Positions 18,335-27,595 of a stretch of DNA of 64,000 nucleotides are shown here, piece by piece. The DNA lies in IMG/VR virus record IMGVR_UViG_3300027976_000007, positions 32,001 through 96,000 of that record. One strand, given 5' to 3'. The notes under the pieces are model-generated. The model had not been told where the DNA came from. It did no database searches and was given only the letters and a program-made list of their open reading frames with translations. Made by a program: the position numbers and the translations under genes. How positions within the stretch are numbered: position 1 is the first letter of the stretch; every line of letters begins with the position of its first letter. This DNA comes from a virus.

Positions 18335-18943
18335 TCAATTACTTAGTTTCAGTTTTATGTTTGGATGGTTTTCATATCCGTTTAGGTAAAAATCGCTTAT
18401 TTCTAGGTTATTAATAAATTCAACTCCTTTTCTATCTGGGTTCCAGAATTCATCATTTATAACAAGTGTTGGTAAATCGTATGGTTCCCTAGTTAATTGT
18501 TCTTTAAGTCCATCTTTATGATTGTTATAGATATGAGTATCTCCTAAACTGCCAACCAACATATCAGGGACCATATTAACTTCTTTTGCAATTATTGATA
18601 ATAATAAACCATATGAAGCTATGTTATAGGGTAAACCCAACCCAACATCAACTGATCTTTGATTCCATATTAAGGAGATTGCTCTTGTTGGGACACGGTT
18701 AGCTCTCATATCGTCTTCTTCATTCTCTAAACCAGCTTCTAAATGTTCTAAAATGACATTGTTTTGTAGGCACCAATTTCTTCGCTCACCCATAGACAAT
18801 TTTCTTGTATAAACTTGAAATCCATAATGGCATGGTGGTAATACTTGCTTACCTTCAGTTATATTTTTTAATCCATACCTTTTGTTAAATTTAATATTAC
18901 ATTTTAATTCTTTTAAGAATGCTTCTTTATTTAAAGGCTTCAT
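18335..18943 (-). CDS. thyA: thymidylate synthase, C-terminal part
   Basis: LPPCH, NQRSVDVGLGLPYNIASY, GDTHIYNNH. Confidence 0.93.
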   Translation of the reverse strand: MKPLNKEAFLKELKCNIKFNKRYGLKNITEGKQVLPPCHYGFQVYTRKLSMGERRNWCLQNNVILEHLEAGLENEEDDMRANRVPTRAISLIWNQRSVDVGLGLPYNIASYGLLLSIIAKEVNMVPDMLVGSLGDTHIYNNHKDGLKEQLTREPYDLPTLVINDEFWNPDRKGVEFINNLEISDFYLNGYENHPNIKLKLSN

Positions 18944-18963
18944 ATATTTTATATTTTTAAAAT

Positions 18964-19596
18964 TTATTGCTTTTTTGATTGGGTAAAATCTTTTAAATAT
19001 ATTTGATAAAGTTCATCAGATGTTCTATTATCTGTTACGGGTAAATCCGCGGGGTTCCATGCCGATACTAACATCCTACGAGAATCTGGATTGGTTCTTA
19101 GTTCGTGTATTATGTCGGAGATCTGATCTATTGAATCCTTTATTGTAAGGGAATACGCTTTATTTTGAATGGCAGGATGGTTTGTGTCAAAACGTATATT
19201 CCAATTCCTCCATTGTTTACCATATATGGGACCTAGTTCCCCCCACTTCTTTGCGAATTCGATATTAGTTTTTATCTCATGTATAAATTCTTTTCTAGTA
19301 AGTGGTTTACCATCCTTTAGATAATTAGAGAAGCAATCCCCCACCCAAATATTATTCCCATTCTCCACCAAGTATTTAATGTTCGTGTCACCTCTCAAAA
19401 ACCAAATAAGTTCTGATACAATGTTCTCAAAATTGATTTCCTTTGTTGTAAGTATAGGAAATCCATCTTTCATGTTATGTGTTATATGCATACCAAATAT
19501 GCTGGAAGTTCCGGTCCCCGTCCTATCTGATTTATCGTAACCATTCAATAGAATATGTTCTACTAAATCTAGATATTGTTTGTCTAGTTTATTCAA
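18964..19596 (-). CDS. thyA: thymidylate synthase, N-terminal part
   Basis: DRTGTGT, FPILTTK, ELIWFLRG, LGPIYGKQWR, NPDSRR..VSAWN. Confidence 0.93.
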   Translation of the reverse strand: MNKLDKQYLDLVEHILLNGYDKSDRTGTGTSSIFGMHITHNMKDGFPILTTKEINFENIVSELIWFLRGDTNIKYLVENGNNIWVGDCFSNYLKDGKPLTRKEFIHEIKTNIEFAKKWGELGPIYGKQWRNWNIRFDTNHPAIQNKAYSLTIKDSIDQISDIIHELRTNPDSRRMLVSAWNPADLPVTDNRTSDELYQIYLKDFTQSKKQ

Positions 19597-19925
19597 AATC
19601 CTTTAAAAATTTCAGGTTCATTTTTCATCTTTTTATCAAACTCCTTTCTAATCTTTTCATTCCAAGGTCTATTTATACGAGTTAACTCATTTGCTACTAA
19701 TAGCAAGTTATGTTCAGTCCAATAACCACTATTTAAGCCCCTCGCATAATAGAACCCATCAACATCCATTACAAACTCACAAAGGGTTTTTCTGTTTTCA
19801 TAAACCACCTCATAAGTATGAAGATTTATAGGTTTTAGAGATAGATCTGATTTTTTAGTTGGAGATGGTGAAGGAACAGAACCTTTTAGAGGGTCATTAG
19901 AAGGTTTGATGTTAATCTTACTCAT
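19593..19925 (-). CDS. hypothetical protein
   Basis: 110 aa, overlaps both neighbours. Confidence 0.7.
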   Translation of the reverse strand: MSKINIKPSNDPLKGSVPSPSPTKKSDLSLKPINLHTYEVVYENRKTLCEFVMDVDGFYYARGLNSGYWTEHNLLLVANELTRINRPWNEKIRKEFDKKMKNEPEIFKGF

Positions 19926-20802
19926 ATATTTTTTTAAACATTTTAAAAGTTTTTTCTTGAAGGTGGTTCTTAAGAACTTCCATCACATGGTTCTTTGCAG
20001 TTTCCCATTTAACCGGTCCATTTTGGTCGGCATAAAGTGTTGGGTCTTTTTTATCTAATTTTATAAAAGCTTCAATCCTCTCGACACTAGAAGCGGATTT
20101 ATAGTCACTATAAACTTTCCCTTCTATTGTTATTGGTTTATAAGAGGTTATAGTTCTTTTATAAATTTCTTTGAATTTTAAACCTAATTCTTCACATAAC
20201 CTAACACCATCCTTTAAGATATCTATTTTCATCCCTTCAAGATAAGGGGTAAAATATTTTACGTTTTCCCAATTCCAATTTCCTAATCTGAAAGCTTTTT
20301 GGTCTGCATCTCTGAATTCAGGTCTACAGTCTGGGTATATATTAAAATCTCCAGCATGGATCCCCATTGCTATATCACAACATTCTTCCGTTTCATTAGC
20401 TATGGATAAAGCTATAGATTGTATTATAGATGAGAATAATTTATTTCGGTTAGGAACAACAGTTTCTTTCATGTTAGACTGTTCATAATGACCTTCTGGT
20501 ACTTCTGTTCCTCCTTCTATTAACCCACTAACCAAAAGTTCGGATAGGCCTTTTAATTCTATTACACGATGTTTAGTTTGAGGATAGTTGATTGTTACTT
20601 TTGAAGGTGTAATAAAACTCCTATGAGGATTCAAATTTAAATATTCTACTAGTTCCCTAGCTTTATTTAATTCCTCTTTATGTTTTTGACCATAGTCAAA
20701 TGAAACACAAACTATATTTTCATATTCATTTAAACATCTAAGTAACAAGGTGCTAGAATCCATCCCTCCGGAGAGTGAAAGTACTACATTTTTCTTTTTC
20801 AT
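19918..20802 (-). CDS. queC: 7-cyano-7-deazaguanine synthase
   Basis: SGGMDS, FDYGQKH, VPNRN, YPDCRPEF. Confidence 0.95.
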   Translation of the reverse strand: MKKKNVVLSLSGGMDSSTLLLRCLNEYENIVCVSFDYGQKHKEELNKARELVEYLNLNPHRSFITPSKVTINYPQTKHRVIELKGLSELLVSGLIEGGTEVPEGHYEQSNMKETVVPNRNKLFSSIIQSIALSIANETEECCDIAMGIHAGDFNIYPDCRPEFRDADQKAFRLGNWNWENVKYFTPYLEGMKIDILKDGVRLCEELGLKFKEIYKRTITSYKPITIEGKVYSDYKSASSVERIEAFIKLDKKDPTLYADQNGPVKWETAKNHVMEVLKNHLQEKTFKMFKKIYE

Positions 20803-20987
20803 ATTTTGGATTTGTTTGAAATTATTTCTAAAGCCTCTTCCCTATCTTTAGATAGGAAGGGTTCTATAACTCTCCAAACAAAAGGAGATTCATAAGCCTC
20901 TTCTAAGTCTCTTTTGTCAAGGTATCTTTTGGTTTGTATACTACCATTTTTATGAATATAACCCCACCATAAATTTTCAGTATTCAT
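20799..20987 (-). CDS. small hypothetical protein
   Basis: 62 aa, 4-nt overlaps with neighbours. Confidence 0.65.
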   Translation of the reverse strand: MNTENLWWGYIHKNGSIQTKRYLDKRDLEEAYESPFVWRVIEPFLSKDREEALEIISNKSKI

Positions 20988-21175
20988 AATCTGTCGGATA
21001 TTTTTTTTATTAATTCTTCCTCTTCTAGGGTTAATAGGTGTCTATTATCTGCTAATATATATATAATATTTTCCCATTCCAAATCTATCCAACCCATTCT
21101 TCGAGAGTTTGAATATATTATTTTTTTAACATAAGGATGCATTGTTCGTGTAAATTCTTTTCTGTTTAATCTCAT
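20984..21175 (-). CDS. small hypothetical protein
   Basis: 63 aa, 4-nt overlaps with neighbours. Confidence 0.6.
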   Translation of the reverse strand: MRLNRKEFTRTMHPYVKKIIYSNSRRMGWIDLEWENIIYILADNRHLLTLEEEELIKKISDRL

Positions 21176-21957
21176 CTTATTATTTGTTTAAAAAGATCTA
21201 TATTATGATATAATAATGGTAAATTAATATCATTTTTATCAATTTCAAAACTTAGGTTTAAATTAGATAAAGGTTTTTTAAATAAACCCATAGGACCATA
21301 AATTAATCCCTCTATGGAAGCCATAATAGGGTTGGAAGTATCTATACTTTCAATATTATATTCAACACCCCTATATAAACCAAATTCAAAAGCACAATAT
21401 GTTCCTAAAAGGTGAATCCTATCTCCTTTTTTTATAGTACCATTTAAATACAACCTATTAAGAAGATAATTTCTCCCTAAAACCCCTCCTATCGATCTAT
21501 TAGCATGAGGAAATAGACTGTTATAATAAGAACTACCATAAGGGAATGCTATTTTCTCATATCCCACTTTTTTATATTCTTGGTAACAAATCTCAGCCTC
21601 ATTTAAAGTATTGGCTTGAATTATAGCTATAGGAGTTGTTTCTACAGGGTAGGCTTTTCTGCTCCATTCTAAAGCATTTTTTAGAGTCTCATTAGCGTTT
21701 CCCCATACATCAGGAACAAAAACATGTTCTGGTTTTAGTTTTTCTATCCATTTCAATAAAATATCTCCCCCTACCGCTGTTCCTAACTCGTGTAGACTAT
21801 TATCTAAATATATAGGGATTCCTTCTTCTTTACATTGGAGGAAATGTTGTTCATATTCCTTATCTTTTTCTAAGAGATGGACTAAAGCATATTGATAGTC
21901 ATTAAATTTTTTGCTTTCTTCAAGGAGGCATCTTGGAACTTCATGGGATATTTTCAT
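21172..21957 (-). CDS. TGT-fold protein, probable DpdA-type DNA guanine transglycosylase
   Basis: YLDNS, VPDV, AIIQ, IHLLG, SIDTS follow TGT barrel motif order; located beside queC. Confidence 0.65.
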   Translation of the reverse strand: MKISHEVPRCLLEESKKFNDYQYALVHLLEKDKEYEQHFLQCKEEGIPIYLDNSLHELGTAVGGDILLKWIEKLKPEHVFVPDVWGNANETLKNALEWSRKAYPVETTPIAIIQANTLNEAEICYQEYKKVGYEKIAFPYGSSYYNSLFPHANRSIGGVLGRNYLLNRLYLNGTIKKGDRIHLLGTYCAFEFGLYRGVEYNIESIDTSNPIMASIEGLIYGPMGLFKKPLSNLNLSFEIDKNDINLPLLYHNIDLFKQIIR

Positions 21958-22529
21958 GGTATGTATAAATTTGTTGGGTTGTCTTTATGAATCTCAATAT
22001 CGGGGTATGTTTTTTTGAAATAATCTACCCTAAATGGAGAGGTTATTATATGGATGCCGTTTAATGATGGTATTTCAACATAGACTTCACCACCAAGTGT
22101 TTCGATATACTCTATGATTGTGGATGCTCTCAATACATCAGCAGGTTCATCAATATCAACTATCCATTTTCTAACCTTCTCTGAATGATGGTTGCCTGCA
22201 ACTTTGTCATGGACTTTCCTAAGAGCTTTGTATTGACCATCTCTTATTAGTTCTGTTGTTTTAACCATAACCTCTAGGGATAAATCCTTGAAGTTTCTTC
22301 TGTTGAGTCTTATATAGGCTCTACAATTTGAAACATTACAAAATATGATGATTTCTTCCATACATTCCTTCAATTTCTCAAGTGAAGTTATATTGTATTT
22401 CTTGATAATATTCAGATTTCTTGAGATTGAAGGATTTTCCTTCCTTCTCTGAATAAGTTCAATTATATAGAAATCGTTAACATCCGAAAAATTAAGTAAT
22501 GGTTCTATTAGTTCAAAATTATTAGTCAT
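21954..22529 (-). CDS. hypothetical protein, possible AEP-fold (primase-polymerase-like)
   Basis: WIVDID (hhhDhD) and SLNGIHII (sxH) motifs. Confidence 0.4.
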   Translation of the reverse strand: MTNNFELIEPLLNFSDVNDFYIIELIQRRKENPSISRNLNIIKKYNITSLEKLKECMEEIIIFCNVSNCRAYIRLNRRNFKDLSLEVMVKTTELIRDGQYKALRKVHDKVAGNHHSEKVRKWIVDIDEPADVLRASTIIEYIETLGGEVYVEIPSLNGIHIITSPFRVDYFKKTYPDIEIHKDNPTNLYIP

Positions 22530-22850
22530 CTTTTTTAAATTTAAAATAGACAGCTTTGATATTCATTAACATCATATTAAAATCAATCCCCATTTCCCCA
22601 AAAAGAAATACCAAAACATTAGGGTGAGATTCCCCACATATTCCTAGAAAATGCATCATAAATTCAATCATTGTTTAAGTTTTATTTCAAAAAGTTTGTT
22701 AAAGATTTTCACTCCTAATTTTTTCCTTTCCATAAAGATCCTCTCAGCATCTAAATAGTTAGAGGCATTACAAGAGTCAATAGGCTCTCGTTTGCTATCA
22801 TTCCGGGAATAATATATGTAGTTTTTGAAACTCATAATTTATTTATAATA

Positions 22851-22882
22851 TAAATATAACATCCTTATCCTGGAAGGCCAAA
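22851..22882 (-). promoter_or_regulatory. promoter TTTG-N20-TATATTTA
   Basis: TTTG GCCTTCCAGGATAAGGATGT TATATTTA at the head of the dpdA/queC/thyA unit. Confidence 0.7.
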
Positions 22883-22888
22883 CATTTT

Positions 22889-23902
22889 TTAGTTGTAGGT
22901 TTTACCTGAAGAGAAATCATCCTTTTTGGATTTTTCTCTAGCGATTTTATTTTTCCTCCAACCCGATAAAGAAGGATCTATATATTCCTCTTCCTTTACT
23001 TTTTTAGGGGTTATAGTTGGGGGTTCAGGTTTAGGTTTTTTTTTTAGGAGGGGGGGGTCTGTTGAGGTAGGAGGGGTTATTATCTCCTCTCCCTGCAAGT
23101 TTGTTTTAATTTTAATTTGGGAGAAGGCAAAGTTAGCCGCTAATATTAAAGCAATGGCTAGAGGGTCAAACACAAATATTATAATTAATAACAACCAGTT
23201 TATAACTTGGTTCATCCCCATCCCTGTTAATTCTGCTAAATATTTTAGGGGGCCTAATTCTGAGGTTATTCCATTATTAGTTTTAATATCCATAACTTGA
23301 GAATTCAAAGAAAATATTTCAGAATTTATTTCATCTATCTTGATATTAAGTTGAGATTGCCTTTCAAAAGATTGAGTTAACTGTTTTTCTAATGATGTCC
23401 TTGTTGAACTTGAAGTAGTATTTATTATATTTCCTTGTTTATCCTTATATTGGATTTTATTGTTTGATAACCCCCCTCTTAAAGAAGATACACCTTCATC
23501 TATTGAGGTTTTTTCTTGGGTATATAATACTAATTGAGATTGAAAATTTTCTTTTTTGTTTTCTAAAAGTTCTATTTGGAAATCTACATTTTGATCCTTA
23601 TTTGCTACCTCCTGGTAAGCACTACTAAGATATCCATAGATGCCTATAGAGGTGATTCCCATTAATATTACAGTAGCCATTATTAAATAATATTTTAAAA
23701 ATGAAGGAATGGTTTTTCTGTAAGTGTATAAGAGGGAAGCTGCTACAAGTTTTGAGAATTCAAGAGATCCAGCCATTATCATTACTGTAAGAGAGGCACC
23801 GGCAAACAGTTTAGAAAGACCTATAACTGAATATAAGGCAGCAGAAATGGAGATAGATAAACCTGAGAGAAGAATTAGAATTGGTAATATATACTTTTTC
23901 AT
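22889..23902 (-). CDS. membrane protein with coiled coil
   Basis: Three N-terminal hydrophobic segments, coiled coil, further TM segment (IIIFVFDPLAI). Confidence 0.75.
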   Translation of the reverse strand: MKKYILPILILLSGLSISISAALYSVIGLSKLFAGASLTVMIMAGSLEFSKLVAASLLYTYRKTIPSFLKYYLIMATVILMGITSIGIYGYLSSAYQEVANKDQNVDFQIELLENKKENFQSQLVLYTQEKTSIDEGVSSLRGGLSNNKIQYKDKQGNIINTTSSSTRTSLEKQLTQSFERQSQLNIKIDEINSEIFSLNSQVMDIKTNNGITSELGPLKYLAELTGMGMNQVINWLLLIIIFVFDPLAIALILAANFAFSQIKIKTNLQGEEIITPPTSTDPPLLKKKPKPEPPTITPKKVKEEEYIDPSLSGWRKNKIAREKSKKDDFSSGKTYN

Positions 23903-24444
23903 TATGGGGTTTGTATTAATTGGTATATTTTAATACCACAATAAGTTCCTACTAGGAAACTTCCTGTTCCTATGAGAACTATGGTTATATTTTTGTTTTT
24001 GTTTTTCTTGTCAAATTTTTCGGCAAGTTCTATTCCTTTAACCCACCCCGATTGAGTGTTCTTAAGATATTTAGAACCATATAGTAAATAATTTTCTAAT
24101 ACTTCAGTATTACCTAAGAGGGTATCTATAAGGGCTATATTTTTACTGTTAGCTTCTACAAATTCTAATAAACTTCCTTTGTAATATTCAGAATATCCTT
24201 GGTTTATCAAAAGTTGTTCTTCTTGAAGGGGGGTAAAGACAACCATCTTCCGTCCATTTAAGGTAATTCTTTCTGGCATGAGAGAATAATCTATAGGGTA
24301 GTAATTTATTACTATAGCCCCTATAGTATCATTCCTTTGGGGTAAGGGTGTAGTTGGGAGAAGTTGAGATTTTTGCCCAAAGAGCGTCACGTTCCCTATC
24401 AGAATAAGAACCAATGTTATTAATATCTTTCTTAAGAATGTCAT
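23902..24444 (-). CDS. exported/membrane protein, possible spanin component
   Basis: N-terminal signal-like segment, C-terminal TM; overlaps 24329..24721 by 116 nt. Confidence 0.45.
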   Translation of the reverse strand: MTFLRKILITLVLILIGNVTLFGQKSQLLPTTPLPQRNDTIGAIVINYYPIDYSLMPERITLNGRKMVVFTPLQEEQLLINQGYSEYYKGSLLEFVEANSKNIALIDTLLGNTEVLENYLLYGSKYLKNTQSGWVKGIELAEKFDKKNKNKNITIVLIGTGSFLVGTYCGIKIYQLIQTP

Positions 24445-24721
24445 TTCTTTTCTTTTGAGTTTGTTTAATTGAAGATTGTATTTCGGAGTTTTGGTCTTTG
24501 ACAGAAATAGATAAATCCTCTGAAGTTTTTAATATACTATCAACTTCATATATCCATTTAGAATTTATTTCTATCTGATTATTCAGTTCTTGGATTTGGT
24601 CTTGAAGTTTTGAGGATTGAGGTTTGGGAGATAAATATGACCATCCTGTAAAGATTATAATCCCTATAATTATTAACCGTATTTCAATGGGTATTTTATA
24701 ATACCAATTATTACTTGTCAT
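24329..24721 (-). CDS. possible i-spanin
   Basis: N-terminal TM plus coiled coil, directly after the endolysin. Confidence 0.5.
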   Translation of the reverse strand: MTSNNWYYKIPIEIRLIIIGIIIFTGWSYLSPKPQSSKLQDQIQELNNQIEINSKWIYEVDSILKTSEDLSISVKDQNSEIQSSIKQTQKKRNDILKKDINNIGSYSDRERDALWAKISTSPNYTLTPKE

Positions 24722-25194
24722 TTTATTATCTTGTTATAAAAATTAATTTCCTTTAACCATTTATTAACATCAAATGAAGGACATAACTTAACCCATTCAT
24801 TTGGGGTTATAATTCCGTTTCTATCTAGGTCTGGGGATAAATCCCTATGACCTACAACAGGTAATATACCTAAAATATCTGGTGAAACCAATTCTAAAAG
24901 AAGATTTTCTAATTCTGCTTTTTGAGCGTCAGTTCTATCATCTCCTCTAGCCCCCCCTATATATGAAATATGAACTGAATCCCAATTATAATTTTTAACC
25001 CCATTTGTTGGGGATTTTAAATTAGATAAGATATGTCTTTCCCCATTTACTCCTATTATATAATGATATCCTACATGCTTCCATTTTAGAACCTTAGACC
25101 AATAGTTTATGATACTATCTACTGTAGCCTTTTGGGAAGTAGCGGTACAATGAAGTACTATACGATTTATAGGTCTTCCGAAATTTATAGGCAT
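24718..25194 (-). CDS. endolysin, N-acetylmuramoyl-L-alanine amidase (T7 lysozyme-like)
   Basis: IVLHCTA, VGYHYII, ISYIGG, GHRDL, K.CPSFDV. Confidence 0.93.
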   Translation of the reverse strand: MPINFGRPINRIVLHCTATSQKATVDSIINYWSKVLKWKHVGYHYIIGVNGERHILSNLKSPTNGVKNYNWDSVHISYIGGARGDDRTDAQKAELENLLLELVSPDILGILPVVGHRDLSPDLDRNGIITPNEWVKLCPSFDVNKWLKEINFYNKIIK

Positions 25195-25252
25195 AATTTA
25201 TTTTTTATTGGTTATCTATTCTTACTGATTTGATTGTTTTGGTTTTTAGTTT

Positions 25253-25588
25253 TTATAGTGGGATATCTTCAGGGTCAGATTCATCCTCAAATCCCGGGGT
25301 TTCGTTTTTATATCTAGTTTGGTTGACTATGTTTATAGCTTGACCCCCCATTCCTCCTAAAGCATTCATTACTCCTCCCCCCATCATACCCCCACGACTA
25401 AAAGTATTTAAACCTATATACCCTCCCCCTATAGCTGCTATAGCATATAAAGCGGTGTGGATCACTTCTGGCCAGTCTTTATATTCTGCTATGTAAGTTA
25501 CCCAACCTATATATAATATACAAGTAAGGGCTATAACTAATCGAGTACTATTCCATTTAGATGGAGGGGTTGGTTGGTGTTGTTTCAT
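25253..25588 (-). CDS. possible holin
   Basis: Two hydrophobic segments, acidic tail, upstream of the endolysin. Confidence 0.5.
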   Translation of the reverse strand: MKQHQPTPPSKWNSTRLVIALTCILYIGWVTYIAEYKDWPEVIHTALYAIAAIGGGYIGLNTFSRGGMMGGGVMNALGGMGGQAINIVNQTRYKNETPGFEDESDPEDIPL

Positions 25589-25664
25589 CGTTTGATGGTT
25601 TAAATATATCTTTATTGAGTCCTAAAAAGATTCCTATAGCAACTCCTGAAAGGAAATACATTTT

Positions 25665-25697
25665 AAAAAATCCTAATAAGATTCCTGAGATTAGGAA
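25665..25697 (-). terminator. possible intrinsic terminator
   Basis: TCCTAAT...ATTAGGA stem followed by a T-run on the minus strand, downstream of the leader-bearing cluster. Confidence 0.45.
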
Positions 25698-25728
25698 TAT
25701 AATTTATTTTAATATGTTTTGTCAGATT

Positions 25729-25995
25729 TTAGCTTAACTCTATTATTTCATATTCATTATAATTTTCCCCATCCTCTGGGTTATGATAATGATATTTGGT
25801 TTCATATCTATAATCTCCATCTTTATATACTTCTACTTGTTCATCCCATTCTTGTCCATTAGCAAACGATATAGATTCCCTTTTAGAATTAAAGATTTGG
25901 GAGTACTTAGCCTCTTCACCATTACCATAAAAAACAACTTGAAATTGATTTTGGTTCTCATTTAAATATTTTCTAAATGTGTTTAGTTCTTCCAT
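25729..25995 (-). CDS. acidic small protein with degenerate leader (MEELNTFRKYLNE), putative internal head protein
   Basis: Leader resembles FDLKKYL.E of the upstream ORFs. Confidence 0.6.
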   Translation of the reverse strand: MEELNTFRKYLNENQNQFQVVFYGNGEEAKYSQIFNSKRESISFANGQEWDEQVEVYKDGDYRYETKYHYHNPEDGENYNEYEIIELS

Positions 25996-26071
25996 TATAC
26001 TTCAATTATTTTATGTGTTTCTTATTTTATACCCCCAAACACCTTCACCTATTGTATTACCTGCTTATTGG

Positions 26072-26141
26072 ATATTATTCTTGTCTTCTAAAAATTTAGT
26101 AAGCTCTTTATGTATCCTTTGAGCATCATTAGATGTAATTA
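26072..26141. repeat. 70-bp exact copy of 27831..27900 (orphan gene fragment)
   Basis: atattattcttgtc...agatgtaatta is identical at both positions. Confidence 0.92.
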
Positions 26142-26555
26142 AGGCCTATCAATTGTTCTAAGTCTATCTAATGAAGCTTGATATTCACCCTCTTCTGAAT
26201 CTTTAAAATCCTCATTTTCCCTACCAATCATTCCTTTAAGATCTTCTAAATCTACGGTAATCATAACATAATCACCTAATGCTTCAACTTCAGTAGGTAT
26301 TTGACTTGATATTTTTGTGAATGCATGATCTAGACCTAATATATCTTTCCAGTTATCTTCATCAAATTCCATTCCATCTCTATCATCTTCATCATCATAT
26401 ACTACTGAAAATGATACTTTACCATCTTTTATTTCACCATTATAATCACCAGAATCAGCTGTTAATTCTACGGATTGGTCGTAGATTTCAAGATCCATAT
26501 TTTCTTTTAATAGCTTTCCTTCCACTAAGTACTTTTTTAAATCGAAATTGTCCAT
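26139..26555 (-). CDS. leader-bearing acidic protein, putative internal head protein
   Basis: MDNFDLKKYLVEGKLLKE plus Asp/Glu-rich cargo. Confidence 0.7.
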   Translation of the reverse strand: MDNFDLKKYLVEGKLLKENMDLEIYDQSVELTADSGDYNGEIKDGKVSFSVVYDDEDDRDGMEFDEDNWKDILGLDHAFTKISSQIPTEVEALGDYVMITVDLEDLKGMIGRENEDFKDSEEGEYQASLDRLRTIDRP

Positions 26556-26565
26556 TTTATTTTAT

Positions 26566-26850
26566 TTATACTATATTTATTAAATCTGATTCTTTTACTC
26601 TATAACTCATTACCATATTTCCTCTATAATTATCATGTTCAACAACATAAACATACTCACCATCTTTTATTTCTAGATTTTCAGGTTCATTCATGTAAAC
26701 ATCCCAAATAATACCCTTAAAACCTTTACCTAGACCTGATTGGGGTGTTGTTGTAACTTTATCACCAATTTTGAATTTAGGTTCTGGTTTGTTTTCCTCT
26801 TTTAATAGCTTCCCTTCCACTAAGTACTTTTTTAAATCGAAATTGTCCAT
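26566..26850 (-). CDS. leader-bearing protein with SH3/KOW-like cargo, putative internal head protein
   Basis: MDNFDLKKYLVEGKLLKE plus FKIGDKV...GII...YVV...VKESDL. Confidence 0.7.
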   Translation of the reverse strand: MDNFDLKKYLVEGKLLKEENKPEPKFKIGDKVTTTPQSGLGKGFKGIIWDVYMNEPENLEIKDGEYVYVVEHDNYRGNMVMSYRVKESDLINIV

Positions 26851-26867
26851 TTTATTTTATTTTATTT

Positions 26868-27560
26868 TTAACCGGCATGTGAGTTAAAAGGAACATTAAA
26901 CTTAGTAAACAATTTGTCTACTTCCCCCTCCCAATCTTCAACATCTCTTATGATTTGTTGGTATTTGTGGGCCATACCATCATATTCATCTTCATGTCTA
27001 AATTCTCTAGGCCAATCTGAATGGAAATATAATTCTTCATATCGATCATTATCTAAAAAACTCTTATGTTCAAATCCTGCTCTTTTAGCATTATTTGGGT
27101 ATTTAAGATATAATTCTTTATATGCAGCTTTTAATTTTTCAATGTCTCCACTATCTTCTTTTATATTAAGAAATTCTTCATCTCTTTCTTTATCTCGTCC
27201 AATGGTATTTCCAGGGTTGATGAAATCATCTGACTTATCACCACCGAACTCTTTAAGTTTTTTATCTCTTAATTTGTTAACCCCCTCAATGATGCTATCT
27301 ATAAATAGGTTAATATCTTCTTTACTTTCAAATTCACTATTCATCATATCATCCTCAATCTGATCAGTAAGATATTTAGAATTTTGATCTACAATGTAAT
27401 CATCTATGTTTTCTTTAATTTTGTTTTTAGCTTCGTAAGCTGCTTTAACATTTTCTAATGTTGGTAAAGCTTCACCTTGTTTTCGGGTGTCGTATCCCGG
27501 TGCATTTTCTTTTAATAGCCTACCTTCAGCTAAATACTTTTTTAAATCGAAATTGTTCAT
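26868..27560 (-). CDS. leader-bearing modular acidic protein, putative internal head protein
   Basis: MNNFDLKKYLAEGRLLKE plus modules ending in IKE/LKE. Confidence 0.7.
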   Translation of the reverse strand: MNNFDLKKYLAEGRLLKENAPGYDTRKQGEALPTLENVKAAYEAKNKIKENIDDYIVDQNSKYLTDQIEDDMMNSEFESKEDINLFIDSIIEGVNKLRDKKLKEFGGDKSDDFINPGNTIGRDKERDEEFLNIKEDSGDIEKLKAAYKELYLKYPNNAKRAGFEHKSFLDNDRYEELYFHSDWPREFRHEDEYDGMAHKYQQIIRDVEDWEGEVDKLFTKFNVPFNSHAG

Positions 27561-27595
27561 TTTATTTTTGTTTTAATTTGTGGATTTAGATTCAT

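Noticed and set aside
18944-18963. Group I intron in thyA (as in T4 td)
   Set aside because: The gap is only 20 nt, the whole extra region is about 200 nt and coding-like, and no intron core elements were seen.
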